DNA of 64,000 nucleotides from Asterias rubens (lineage: Eukaryota), in NCBI RefSeq assembly GCF_902459465.1, contig NC_047064.1:21080001-21144000 (forward strand). Reading direction: 5' to 3'. The position numbers and the translations under genes are program-made. The notes below the pieces were generated by a model. That model was not told the origin of the DNA and searched no databases. It saw only the letters and a list, made by a program, of their open reading frames with translations. Each line of letters begins with the position of its first letter. The first letter of the stretch is position 1. This document shows positions 34,259 through 48,200 of the stretch, piece after piece.

Positions 34259-35856
34259 ATGCATTTCAAAGCCAACGTGTTAATGTTTGTGACGTACTCC
34301 TTAGCGGTTGTGTACATCTTTATTGCATGTAAGTATGTTTACCTTATGGGTGGGGGTACGGTCATTGATGACAACCATAGTATGATATGCAAAGGCAGGA
34401 AGCAATGTCTAAACAGTTGTTTCAGTATTTTACTGAGCCAAGTTTTCATCTAAAAAAACAGTAGAGGTAACCTTTGAGAATAATGTTGGTTTGATATTAT
34501 CTGAATTACTAAATTTAAAGTTTTGTCTTTTTTCCCCCTATATAAATAAATAGGCCCTTTATATCTCTTCCACTCATCAGCACTCATCAGTCTCCTGACA
34601 ATGACTAGAGCAAGCTAGTCGAAACGTTGAGACCAATATTAAGAACTCACTCCGCGGTAGTGAAGTTATTAACGATCCACTAAAAGCTAAAGTAGTAGTC
34701 CCAGCCGATTTTCTACCTTCCACCCCAGGTAGTGGTTAAAAAGCAGGATAGTTCTTTTCAGAGCTGAGAAGTCTCCCGAATACCGAAAACCTTCTACGCG
34801 GTAGAAAAATAAAAAGCAAGACAAGTTCTCAACAGAACATAATCTTACTGACGAGTAGATGCACATGGTGATACCGCAAACTAAAATACATATACTGTTT
34901 TACTTCCCTTAGTTTCGACAACACGAAAGAAAACCACGTGTGTTGATACCCCCTCTTTGAAGTCAGATGCGTACAAAGTTGACACAAACCTACGAATTGA
35001 AGCTACGTATAACCAGTTTCAACCGACAAAAACCTCGACCCGGCTATCTCCCGGGGATGGGGATGGGGATGGGGGTGGTTCCCCGGAGCCGTACCAGTGC
35101 ACCGCATCGGATCTTCAGAGGAGATCCGGCACCATCCTTCTGACCACCACCAATTCTGCTTATTTGGACTTCACAGAAAATTGGCTTGAGAGCATCAGGC
35201 GCACGAGAGCCTGCCCTAATATATCGGTGGTTACTGAAGATGACCAAGCGTTTAATTATCTCTCCAATAAGACAATGGCCGGACTGAATGTCTTGATGAC
35301 TCAGACTGCTAAGTCAACAACTGGAAAGCTCGTCTTCAATACCAAAGAGTACAAGAAGTTCGTCAATAAGAGACAGGGGTATATCTTAGATCTACTGGAA
35401 CAGGGCTGGGAGGTTCTGTTCAGCGATGTGGACACTTTCTGGCTACGGGATCCGTTTCTATTTTTCCAGGGGAACTTTGACATGGCACTTGAGGAAGATA
35501 ACCATGAACCAGCCTCATACTGTGCCGGGTTTGTCTACTTTCGACCAACCGAACGAACCATGCAGTTTGTCAAGGAGTGGATCCGGTTTATGGCCAACGA
35601 CAAGACCATGAAGCCGGATCAAGTGGTTATGAATATCATGATCCGGCGAAAAGTGATAGCCGGATTGAAGCTCCGGGTTCTTGACTCCAATAAATTTCCG
35701 AATGGGAAATTATTTTTCGATGACGAATGGAGGAAGGACAAAAAGGACTTTGTTGTCGTGCATAACAACTGGATTGTCGGACACGATCCGAAAGTTGAAC
35801 GGTTCCGAAACTGCAGTATGTGGCTCGTTGATCACAAAGAATTCAAGTCTATGTGA
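34259..35856 (+). CDS. nucleotide-diphospho-sugar transferase (PF03407/GT77-like), copy 2, 337 aa
   Basis: Exons 34259-34328 and 34913-35856, phase 1, intact ORF with the same motifs as copy 1. Confidence 0.88.
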
Positions 35857-36686
35857 TCCGGTGTGGCAGGAGGTTCTGTTCCCCAAATATTTTGCTCCCA
35901 CGGCGAACTGTGTACTTTACTTCTCATAGCGCCCTCTTTTGAAACACCCTCCTTCACAGGCCACATTATTTTCCCATTTTGGGGGACATAATCTCCGGTG
36001 GACCGATTTCCCTGGGACACCCGGAACTCGTTTTTTTTGTTAGAACTCATCCACAAAGTGCTTTCACTATGATATATAAATTGTTAACACTTCATCAATT
36101 CATATCAACTCATCAGGGTAGAATTATTACACATTATTATTATACACATAATTTCGGGCTACGACGAAACAAAATTCTTTCCAAGCTGAGATGGTTTGAG
36201 AACTGAATTAACGCACGATGACCAGGGGGGAATAATGTTGGAAGTGCTTTGAGATGCCCTATGGGTGTGAAAAGCACTCCATAAAAACTGGTTATTACTA
36301 TTATGGGTTGATGCAGGTTTGATTTTGATATTCAGCTGCAGCTACAACACAATAAATCAAATACTTGTGGATTTCAATTTGTTACTATGATGTCTAAAAA
36401 TGCCCTACAGTAATTGATCATGCATGCACATTCACAAACCAAATCAAATCAGGATACAAACACGGTTGTATTCGTTTTAAATTATTTATTCATATTATCC
36501 AAATTTATTTATTATAAATTATTTATATGTAAAATATAATTTGTTAAAATTATACATATTTAGACTTTAAGATTAAAGGTGGAATAAATTATCTTTGTTA
36601 AAAAATATGTGCAAGTAATACACTAATAAATTTGTTTTTAAAGATGCATTGTCATAGTTTGGTCAAAATTTAAGGTCACAAATTAA

Positions 36687-36888
36687 AGGGGCTATCTCAT
36701 CTGTCCTGCGGCTGTGCATGGAAATATTAACTGATGAACCCACCACATGATAATTTACATCCCAGGCATGGACATGCCCTTCCAGGATGTAGATGCGAGG
36801 GTGCCCAGGGTGTAGGTCACCAAGTGGTGGGTTCATCATTAGTTTATATAGTGCCATGCACAACTGCAGGACAGGCGAGATAGCCCCT
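36687..36888. mobile_element. foldback MITE, about 60-bp imperfect TIRs (copy 46116-46317)
   Basis: ttaa|aggggctatctc...gaacccaccac / gtggtgggttc...gagatagcccct. Confidence 0.7.
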
Positions 36889-37579
36889 CTCAATGTGGTA
36901 CATTGCTATTTGGTAGGGGTAGGAAAAGTTATCAACTTTCATATAATACATTGATCATTGAATGGTTCTTCGCCATCAAAATTGAATACGAAATTGCTTG
37001 TTAACAAGTTAGTTTTATGCTAACAATTAGTTTGAGTAAGTACCGATAGTACCGATAGTGTCCAGTGCCTTTAACCTCTCTGAGGAACAAATGTATTTAA
37101 AACATATTATTGTCCTATATTTTGCTAAAAAACTGTACATTTATTTGAACTGTTTCAAAAAATGAAATTAATATTTTTGTGCACACAGCTTGATCTCATT
37201 GTTGGACCTTCTTTATTGTTGTTCCCGCCTGATGTTCATGTTATTTTCGTTTTCTGAAGGTGACTGTTTCTGTAACTGTAAATTGTTTCTCAAGTCGCCA
37301 TGGTTACTGAAGCAAACTTAAAGTGTTTGTTTTTTTACAATGAAAACTCGGAAAGATCATGACTGGGAAGTGGTGTGAGTCAAATGGCTTAATACTAAAG
37401 GGTTCATGGATGAAAACCGTTATTTTGCTTACACACATTATTTTCATTCATAGATGAAATTGAAAATAAATAATTGTGAATAGGCAGTCGTTGGGAGATG
37501 ATCTGTTTATATATTATTTATTGGGGTGACCTTGCCCGAGGATGACATTTTCGTGGGCAAGTAAGCTAGATTACCATCA

Positions 37580-37711
37580 TCCGGATTACTCCTAGAACTA
37601 TTTCGGTTTCATCTGCTATCGTCTCCAGTAACGGGAGACGATAGCAGACGAAACCGCAATATGGGAGACGATAGCAGACGAAACCGCAATAGTTCTAGGA
37701 GTACATCCGGA
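37580..37711. repeat. about 47-bp inverted repeat with a 30-bp tandem duplication of the inner right arm (copy 47009-47140)
   Basis: tccggattactcctagaactatttcggtttcatctgctatcgtctcc ... (gggagacgatagcagacgaaaccgcaata)x2 gttctaggagtacatccgga. Confidence 0.8.
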
Positions 37712-40615
37712 TATGGAGTGATTGTCCACAGTATGTATAATTTGGCCGGTGGGGCGAGTTTGCTTAAGGACACTTTTTTATTTATTTTTTTATTTTTATG
37801 AATGACAGCATTGAAATAAATGTTACTGAATTGAATTACCAAAATATGTGATTGTGAACTGAACAAATTACCATTCCCCTGATCTACATTTGGACCGCTA
37901 TCAATTTGCAATTCAACTGCAATTATATTTCATAATAAAAACCGCAATGGCTCAATATAAAAAAAAAATAACAACGTACTAAGTAACTACTCAACTAGGC
38001 TAAAGTAACACTAACAGTAACAGTGGTCCGGTATAAATATGTGTAGGTCCCTACGTATTTTTCACGCTGTTCCCCAAAATATCAGAGATAGGCCCTATGC
38101 CTAGTTTGAAATTAAAAACAGTTTAAATAAAATTACAAATTTAAAATGCCCGCTTGCCTAAGTTAAAAGTTTAATAAAGAACGTCAACAAGGTCAACGTG
38201 ACAGAGAGGCTTACCCTGCCATGCATACACACAGTTGCGCAGAACCACATATCCAGTTGTTTTAATCACAACCCAAGCACTCACAACTGTCATCGCTGAC
38301 TACTGAATCTGAAATTCTGCACGAAATTACTGTACGATTCTATAGCGACTTGTTTGTACTGTAGTATTAGTTGTAAGCCCAAAGTCTCCATGTACTGTCA
38401 AGCGACATTTTATAAAGTAACTTGCCAACCAGAAACTGCGCATGCGCTGGTTTCGCCCAAATATTTGTAAACAAAAGAAAGGTCTATATACAAACATTGA
38501 CACATACCAGTTGGTTTCGCCCTTCTTCCTCCATGGTTTAGCCAACTGTAGAATGGGGGGCGCTATTTGCATCACTATTATTATAGTGATTACGTAATGG
38601 CTTTCATGGCGACGGTACACATTCATTCTATTCAGCTAGCTGTACAAGGCCTTCATGCTACTGAGTTGTATTGCATTAACAACATACAGAGCAGCAGGGA
38701 CCAATAGTCGAACTGTCACTTGTAAGACAATCTACTTCATTCCTTGACGAGTATTACATGTTTAAAAAAAATCATCTTATGGTGTCCATTGAACACTTGC
38801 TGTGTCTTGTAGTTGGCTTCGTTTGTTGCTAGGGTCATTTAATTATATCACAGATACAGTGTATTGGGCTGTGCATTCACGCAGCAACCGTACACGAAGA
38901 CAACCATTTTGAATGCTTACCGATCCAAAGGGAAAGGGAGAAACTGCAGAATTTGATGATAGTAAGTATACAAACGCAAAGGTAAGTCGAGCTTCTATCA
39001 ATGTTATGTAATAGATCAAACTTGAACTTAACATTTGGGGTGATCAACGAGGAAATTTCCGTATCCTGCCACCACTTTGTCATTTTGATATGAAATAAAT
39101 TAGTGAGAAAATATAAGTAGCTGTTGCAAACTGCTTCCCAACCAAAGGATGGTATAAAAATACATAATGGCCTGTCGACGTTTTGACTTATTTATACCCA
39201 TGCTTTAGCCATGGAGGCTACCTCCATGCTTTTAGCACAGGCTTTCTCGAAGGCTATAAATGAGAACACAACAAACATGAACAGAAAATCAGTGAAGCAG
39301 AAATACCTGAATAGAGAGAGAGAGTAATAGAGAAATGAGTATAGTTTTATTTTAAAAGGAGATCCTTTTTGTAAAAATTAGTGGGAAAGTGGTGGCAGGA
39401 TACGGAACTTTTCCCAATTAACTGGCAACCATTTCCAGGCAATCTCCAAGAAAGTGATTTTATTTCAGCTGCATCATTGAGGGCGCTGTAGCCACAAGGG
39501 TTTTAAAGGCAGTGGACACTATCGGTAACTGTCAAAGACTAGCCTTATAACAAACCTGTGAAAATTTGAGCTCAATCGGTCATCGAACTTGCGAGCGGAA
39601 AAAAACACCCTTGTCACACGAAGTTGTGTGCGTTTAGATGGTTGATTTCGAAACCTCAAGTTCTAAATCTGAGGTCTCGAAATCAAATTCGTGGTAAATT
39701 ACTTCTTTCTCGGGCCATTGGTCAATACTGTTTACCGATGTTGTGCGATTGCTGTAAGACTGTGGTTATGCGTAATGATTTGGAATGTTTTTTAATTTCA
39801 GTGCCTCTGTTGTGATGTGTTTTGTTGTCATTTTAGCCTGTAAGAAACACTCAGTTAAACCATGGAGGTAGAAACAGTTAAGGTTTCTTGCTCATAGCAA
39901 GTAATCTTGGTAACAGGTTTCATCGTGCTCAAGAACTACAGTGATTAAAAGTTGACTTATGTGGCGTGGCATCCTTGTCTTCATCAGCAATAATAACTGT
40001 TTTCCGAGATAAAACAATCCGAGTATAATAAATAAATAACTAGACATTAGGTGTTTGTGAACAAACACAAAGCTGTTCCGTGTTCTTTTGCTTTGATTAT
40101 GTGTTAACATTACTAAGGAGTCTATAACTGAAAAAAAGTTTGGAAAATACTGTACAGTGTCTTGAGTTACGGTGCCACTTCATGGGGTCGCGGTAACCTA
40201 AGGCTAATCTCTAACGCCCAAGGAGTCTGTATCTGAAAAAAAAGTTAGAAAATCGGTTGTGTAGTTCTTGATATATGGTGCCACTTCTGGTTGACCCGGA
40301 AGTAGAGGTCAACTTGGGGTCATGGATTTTCAAAGTTTATTTTTAATGCCTTAGGAGGATAAAACTGAACAAACAGGATTGAAAATCGGTTGTATAGTAC
40401 TTTGCGTATGGTCCCACTTCCGGTTCACCCGGACGTAGAGGCCAACATGGGGTCACGAGTTTTCACAGTCAATATTAATGTCAAGGAGTCTGTAAGTGAA
40501 AACAAATTGAAAATCGGTTGAGTAGTTCTTGAGATATGGTCCCACTTCCGGTTGACCCGGAAGTAGAGGTCAAATTGAGGTCACGGTTTTTCCAAATTTT
40601 TCCAAACTACAAACA

Positions 40616-41014
40616 GTCGACATTCTTAAAGAAGAATGTCGTCTTCCTGTGATAATTTATCTCGGAATGTCGACATCCTAAAAGTAGGATGTCGTCTTCC
40701 TGTGATAATTTATCTCGGGATGTCGACATCCTAAAAGTAGGATGTCGTCTTGCTGTGATAATTTATCTCGGTATGTCGACATCCTAAACGTCAGTTGTCA
40801 TCTTCCTGTGATAATTTATCTCGGGAAGTCGACATTCTAAAAGAAGAATGTCGTCTTCCTGTGATAATTTATCTCGGAATGTCGATATCCCAAAAGTAGG
40901 ATGTCGTCTTGCTGTGATAATTTATCTCGGGAAGTCGACATCCTAAAATTAGGATGTCGTCTTCCTGTGATAACTTATCTCGGGAATTAAGTTGACATCC
41001 CGAAAGTAGGATTT
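40616..41014. repeat. 53-bp hairpin minisatellite, unit-3 copy
   Basis: Same array as 31184-31582. Confidence 0.9.
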
Positions 41015-43688
41015 CTTTTGTTGAAAGGATTTTACTTGTATACGTTTTGTTAACTAGTATTACATTTCCAACAATATTTATAATATTCATGGTCATAAAC
41101 TACGTTAAACTAAAATAATGGACGAAACAAAATGTCCCACGTAAAACTCCATAAGGTTTGGAACATAATGGTCCCGCAAGTTCAAATACACGCGAGACTT
41201 GCTTAGTCTACACAGAAGGTAATAAATAATTTATTACAAGCAAATGCAATCGTACAATAATAGAAAACAAAAACTAAAAATCAATGCAAAACACATGTAG
41301 GGGATGGAGGGGCCCATAAAAAGCAAACCTTAACGAGTACGGACCCCCTCCCCCCTTTTTTTGTAACGAAGAAAGCAATGTAAGCAATTCTATTTAGTGG
41401 GTGTAATCTTATGTAGCGGCAAAACAATTCAAAATTACAGGAAGAACAAACACAAAAACAGTTAGCGTAAAATAAAACTTAACCATATATTTAAATGAAA
41501 CAGATAAACAAAATACCCAAAATAAATACTAGAGAAATTGGGCCCCACAACTCTTGCTGGGAAAAAAACCATGTCGAAATATACCATTGTTATCCATTAG
41601 AGACGTTTTGTAGTCACCTTGGTTGGGGAGCGAGGATGATTGCACTTTTGGTATTGTCATTGTTAAACTCCGGTTCCATTGTGTGCTGTATGTTTACCCT
41701 CAACGCATAGATTTTCTTGTGAATAGTAGCTGTGTATGATTCATGGTTCGCTGAATAATGTGGCGATAACAAACTTTTATCCTTTTGATCACCATCAGCC
41801 CCATGTATAATAAACTTCAACTGCTGACGATTGCACTTTTGGTATTGTCATTGTTAAACTCCGGTTCCATTGTGTGCTGTCTGTTACCCTCCACACATAG
41901 ATTTTCTTGTGAATAGTAGCTGTGTATGATTCATGGTTCGCTGAATAATGTGGCAATAACAAACTTTAATCATTTTGAAAAGAATGCTTGATTTATTATC
42001 TAGAGGTCAATGCTTGAGGCCAGTAAGAGTATTGTGCACGTACACCATGTAGTTTTTGTTGGAAACCGTTTGCTAACAGCCATTTATGTTACCCTTTGAA
42101 ATAAAATCAGAAAATTTATAAGTTTGCTTGTTGCATAAAATTAAATTGAAGATGATGCCTGAATTGATTTTTTCAATCAGAGTTGGACTCTAGACTGACG
42201 TGTTGGACTCCTTGAACACTCCAAGTGGTTCAATAGGTAGTGCAATTCCAATACTTATGCTGATGTTCTCATGATGTCAGCATCAACAGGAAGTTCCAAC
42301 AACTTTGTCCCCTTGTACAATTAAATATGCAAATATGGGTCACGTGGTTAATTAATTACGATGTTTAATTTTTTTGGGGGTCGGTGGTTTGATGTTTGAT
42401 CTAGTACAAGTTGATTTCACAGAACTCTTAACCACCAAACTCTGCGCTTATGATCACCATTTTTCGCTTACTGTGTTTTTAAACATCATCGTGTCATGCA
42501 TGCACACAGGTTATGTTGGGCTAACATTTGAGAAAAAGAAAAGGCAACACTATCGATATAAAGATAAGAATCAAACTTAAATATTACAAAAAGAAATATA
42601 TTTGTAGTTTTGGGGGATAAAAAAATATTGATTTCTGACGGAGATTCGAACTCGCAATTCTCAGATGTGTAGTCGCGACTGATGACCACTAGGCTAGAAG
42701 GGCACGATGTAAAAATGGTGGGTTTTTACATGTGTGCATCAACAGAGGGGATTATGATCCGGCGAAATAATTCTCGTTTCATGATTTTGCGACCATTGTC
42801 ACTAAATATGAACTGCTAACGCCTATAACTATTAAGTAGGGTTGAAATGTAGTATTAGATGCCTTAAGGGGGTTTTTGACGACGACGTCGATGTCGTCAA
42901 AAACCCCTATCTAATTACGCACGTTCGTTTTAACGAAAAACCATGCACAGAGTAATTGGTCCAGAACGCGGTTATAAAAACAACGACAAATTTAACGCAC
43001 GTTCTAACGAAAATCCTAAACCTCCGTACGTTGTGCGTGTACAGAGTAATGTGTCCAGAACGCAGGTAGGAAACAAAATAGTATAGACTCCTCTCAAGAA
43101 GTCAACAACTCATCGAGGTACATACTGTGTTGTATTACCGAAGAGAATGTTTCACAATAACATGAAAGTGACTGCATCAAGTTTACAAATTAAAAATTCA
43201 AATGAAGACCACGTGGTTAATTAATTAAGAATGTTAACAATTTTTTATTAGAGTAAAGCTTATGTTCTAAGCTTCAATTTGATATATGATTTAACTATTT
43301 TATCCTTATACTTTAGGAGACGGAGCCTGAACAAAAATGCTGTACAAACGCAATGGGGTTTTAGGCGGAAACAAAGAATAATAATAATAATAAAAATAAT
43401 AAAAATCTCGACGAAAACAATACCTGTTCCGACGGTAGGTCGGAACAGCTAAATAGTAATCCGAGAGAAAAAAAATTATCTGTTTCAAAAACTGACCACC
43501 AACCGAAAGGACCTATAAATTAATGCTAAAGACTTCATTCCAGTCTCAGTGATGTCATGGTCCGGGCAGAAGTGCCCCCACCCCCCCCCCCCCCCCACCC
43601 AACCTCTAGGGTTGAAAAGTCAGGCAGTATAAGCAGATTCATATTCTTACCGTAAATATTATTGGGGATCTGTTTCTTTCTTGACAGC

Positions 43689-45285
43689 ATGCATTTCAAA
43701 GCCAACGTGTTAATGTTTGTGACGTACTCCTTAGCGGTTGTGTACATCTTTATTGCATGTAAGTATGTTTACCTTATGGGTGGGGGTACGGTCATTGATG
43801 ACAACCATAATGTGATATGCAAAGGCAGGAAGCAATGTCTAAACAGCTGTTTCAGTATTTTACTGAGCCAAGTTTTCATCTAAAAAAACAGTAGAGGTAA
43901 CCTTTGAGAATAATGTTGGTTGATATTATCTGAATTACTAAATTTAAAGTTTTGTCTTTTTTCCCCCTATATAAATAAATATGCCCTTTAATATCTCTTC
44001 CACTCATCAGCACTCATCAGTCTCCTGACAATGACTAGAGCAAGCTAGTCGAAACGTTGAGACCAATATTAAGAACTCACTCCGCGGTAGTGAAGTTATT
44101 AACGATCCACTAAAAGCTAAAGTAGTAGTCCCAGCCGATTTTCTACCTTCCACCCCAGGTAGTGGTTAAAAAGCAGGATAGTTCTTTTCAGAGCTGAGAA
44201 GTCTCCCGAATACCGAAAACCTTCTACGCGGTAGAAAAATAAAAAGCAAGACACGTTCTCAACAGAACATAATCTTACTGACGAGTAGATGCACATGGTG
44301 TTACCGCAAACTAAAATACATATACTGTTTTACTTCCCTTAGTTTCGACAACACGAAAGAAAACCACGTGTGTTGATACCCCCTCTTTGAAGTCAGATGC
44401 GTACAAAGTTGACACAAACCTACGAATTGAAGCTACGTATAACCAGTTTCAACCGACAAAAACCTCGACCCGGCTATCTCCCGGGGATGGGGATGGGGAT
44501 GGGGGTGGTTCCCCGGAGCCGTACCAGTGCACCGCATCGGATCTTCAGAGGAGATCCGGCACCATCCTTCTGACCACCACCAATTCTGCTTATTTGGACT
44601 TCACAGAAAATTGGCTTGAGAGCATCAGGCGCACGAGAGCCTGCCCTAATATATCGGTGGTTACTGAAGATGACCAAGCGTTTAATTATCTCTCCAATAA
44701 GACAATGGCCGGACTGAATGTCTTGATGACTCAGACTGCTAAGTCAACAACTGGAAAGCTCGTCTTCAATACCAAAGAGTACAAGAAGTTCGTCAATAAG
44801 AGACAGGGGTATATCTTAGATCTACTGGAACAGGGCTGGGAGGTTCTGTTCAGCGATGTGGACACTTTCTGGCTACGGGATCCGTTTCTATTTTTCCAGG
44901 GGAACTTTGACATGGCACTTGAGGAAGATAACCATGAACCAGCCTCATACTGTGCCGGGTTTGTCTACTTTCGACCAACCGAACGAACCATGCAGTTTGT
45001 CAAGGAGTGGATCCGGTTTATGGCCAACGACAAGACCATGAAGCCGGATCAAGTGGTAATGAATATCATGATCCGGCGAAAAGTGATAGCCGGATTGAAG
45101 CTCCGGGTTCTTGACTCCAATAAATTTCCGAATGGGAAATTATTTTCGATGACGAATGGAGGAAGGACAAAAAGGACTTTGTTGTCGTGCATAACAACTG
45201 GATTGTCGGACACGATCCGAAAGTTGAACGGTTCCGAAACTGCAGTATGTGGCTCGTTGATCACAAAGAATTCAAGTCTATGTGA
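43689..45285 (+). pseudogene. GT77-like copy 3 with a -1 frameshift (or sequencing error)
   Basis: Exons 43689-43758 and 44343-45285; ttatttttcgat of copies 1/2 reads ttattttcgat at about 45143-45146; the shifted frame ends at 45358 and loses VVHNNW. Confidence 0.75.
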
Positions 45286-48200
45286 TCCGGTGTGGCAGGA
45301 GGTTCTGTCCCCCAAATATTTTGCTCCCACGGCGAACTGTGTACTTTACTTCTCATAGCGCCCTCTTTTGAAACACCCTCCTTCACAGGCCACATTATTT
45401 TCCCATTTTGGGGGACATAATCTCCGGTGGACCGATTTCCCTGGGACACCCGGAACTCGTTTTTTTTGTTAGAACTCATCCACAAAGTGCTTTCACTATG
45501 ATATATAAATTGTTAACACTTCATCAATTCATATCAACTCATCAGGGTAGAATTATTACACATTATTATTATACACATAATTTCGGGCTACGACGAAACA
45601 AAATTCTTTCCAAGCTGAGATGGTTTGAGAACTGAATTAACGCACGATGACCAGGGGGGAATAATGTTGGAAGTGCTTTGAGATGCCCTATGGGTGTGAA
45701 AAGCACTCCATAAAAACTGGTTATTACTATTATGGGTTGATGCAGGTTTGATTTTGATATTCAGCTGCAGCTACAACACAATAAATCAAATACTTGTGGA
45801 TTTCAATTTGTTACTATGATGTCTAAAAATGCCCTACAGTAATTGATCATGCATGCACATTCACAAACCAAATCAAATCAGGATACAAACACGGTTGTAT
45901 TCGTTTTAAATTATTTATTCATATTATCCAAATTTATTTATTATAAATTATTTATATGTAAAATATAATTTGTTAAAATTATACATATTTAGACTTTAAG
46001 ATTAAAGGTGGAATAAATTATCTTTGTTAAAAAATATGTGCAAGTAATACACTAATAAATTTGTTTTTAAAGATGCATTGTCATAGTTTGGTCAAAATTT
46101 AAGGTCACAAATTAAAGGGGCTATCTCATCTGTCCTGCGGCTGTGCATGGAAATATTAACTGATAAACCCACCACATGATAATTTACATCCCAGGCATGG
46201 ACATGCCCTTCCAGGATGTAGATGCGAGGGTGCCCAGGGTGTAGGTCACCAAGTGGTGGGTTCATCATTAGTTTATATAGTGCCATGCACAACTGCAGGA
46301 CAGGCGAGATAGCCCCTCTCAATGTGGTACATTGCTATTTGGTAGGGGTAGGAAAAGTTATCAACTTTCATATGATACATTGATCATTGAATGGTTCTTC
46401 GCCATCAAAATTGAATACGAAATTGCTTGTTAACAAGTTAGTTTTATGCTAACAATTAGTTTGAGTAAGTACCGATAGTACCGATAGTGTCCAGTGCCTT
46501 TAACCTCTCTGAGGAACAAATGTATTTAAAACATATTATTGTCCTATATTTTGCTAAAAAACTGTACATTTATTTGAACTGTTTCAAAAAATGAAATTAA
46601 TATTTTTGTGCACACAGCTTGATCTCATTGTTGGACCTTCTTTATTGTTGTTCCCGCCTGATGTTCATGTTATTTTCGTTTTCTGAAGGTGACTGTTTCT
46701 GTAACTGTAAATTGTTTCTCAAGTCGCCATGGTTACTGAAGCAAACTTAAAGTGTTTGTTTTTTTACAATGAAAACTCGGAAAGATCATGACTGGGAAGT
46801 GGTGTGAGTCAAATGGCTTAATACTAAAGGGTTCATGGATGAAAACCGTTATTTTGCTTACACACATTATTTTCATTCATAGATGAAATTGAAAATAAAT
46901 AATTGTGAATAGGCAGTCGTTGGGAGATGATCTGTTTATATATTATTTATTGGGGTGACCTTGCCCGAGGATGACATTTTCGTGGGCAAGTAAGCTAGAT
47001 TACCATCATCCGGATTACTCCTAGAACTATTTCGGTTTCATCTGCTATCGTCTCCAGTAACGGGAGACGATAGCAGACGAAACCGCAATATGGGAGACGA
47101 TAGCAGACGAAACCGCAATAGTTCTAGGAGTACATCCGGATATGGAGTGATTGTCCACAGTATGTATAATTTGGCCGGTGGGGCGAGTTTGCTTAAGGAC
47201 ACTTTTTTATTTATTTTTTTATTTTTATGAATGACAGCATTGAAATAAATGTTACTGAATTGAATTACCAAAATATGTGATTGTGAACTGAACAAATTAC
47301 CATTCCCCTGATCTACATTTGGACCGCTATCAATTTGCAATTCAACTGCAATTATATTTCATAATAAAACCGCAATGGCTCAATATAAAAAAAAAATAAC
47401 AACGTACTAAGTAACTACTCAACTAGGCTAAAGTAACACTAACAGTAACAGTGGTCCGGTATAAATATGTGTAGGTCCCTACGTATTTTTCACGCTGTTC
47501 CCCAAAATATCAGAGATAGGCCCTATGCCTAGTTTGAAATTAAAAACAGTTTAAATAAAATTACAAATTTAAAATGCCCGCTTGCCTAAGTTAAAAGTTT
47601 AATAAAGAACGTCAACAAGGTCAACGTGACAGAGAGGCTTACCCTGCCATGCATACACACAGTTGCGCAGAACCACATATCCAGTTGTTTTAATCACAAC
47701 CCAAGCACTCACAACTGTCATCGCTGACTACTGAATCTGAAATTCTGCACGAAATTACTGTACGATTCTATAGCGACTTGTTTGTACTGTAGTATTAGTT
47801 GTAAGCCCAAAGTCTCCATGTACTGTCAAGCGACATTTTATAAAGTAACTTGCCAACCAGAAACTGCGCATGCGCTGGTTTCGCCCAAATATTTGTAAAC
47901 AAAAGAAAGGTCTATATACAAACATTGACACATACCAGTTGGTTTCGCCCTTCTTCCTCCATGGTTTAGCCAACTGTAGAATGGGGGGCGCTATTTGCAT
48001 CACTATTATTATAGTGATTACGTAATGGCTTTCATGGCGACGGTACACATTCATTCTATTCAGCTAGCTGTACAAGGCCTTCATGCTACTGAGTTGTATT
48101 GCATTAACAACATACAGAGCAGCAGGGACCAATAGTCGAACTGTCACTTGTAAGACAATCTACTTCATTCCTTGACGAGTATTACATGTTTAAAAAAAAT

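Larger units (their letters stand above)
30283..39711 (+). repeat. tandem segmental duplication, unit 2 (9429 bp)
   Basis: Near-identical to unit 3 at an offset of about 9429-9430. Confidence 0.9.
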
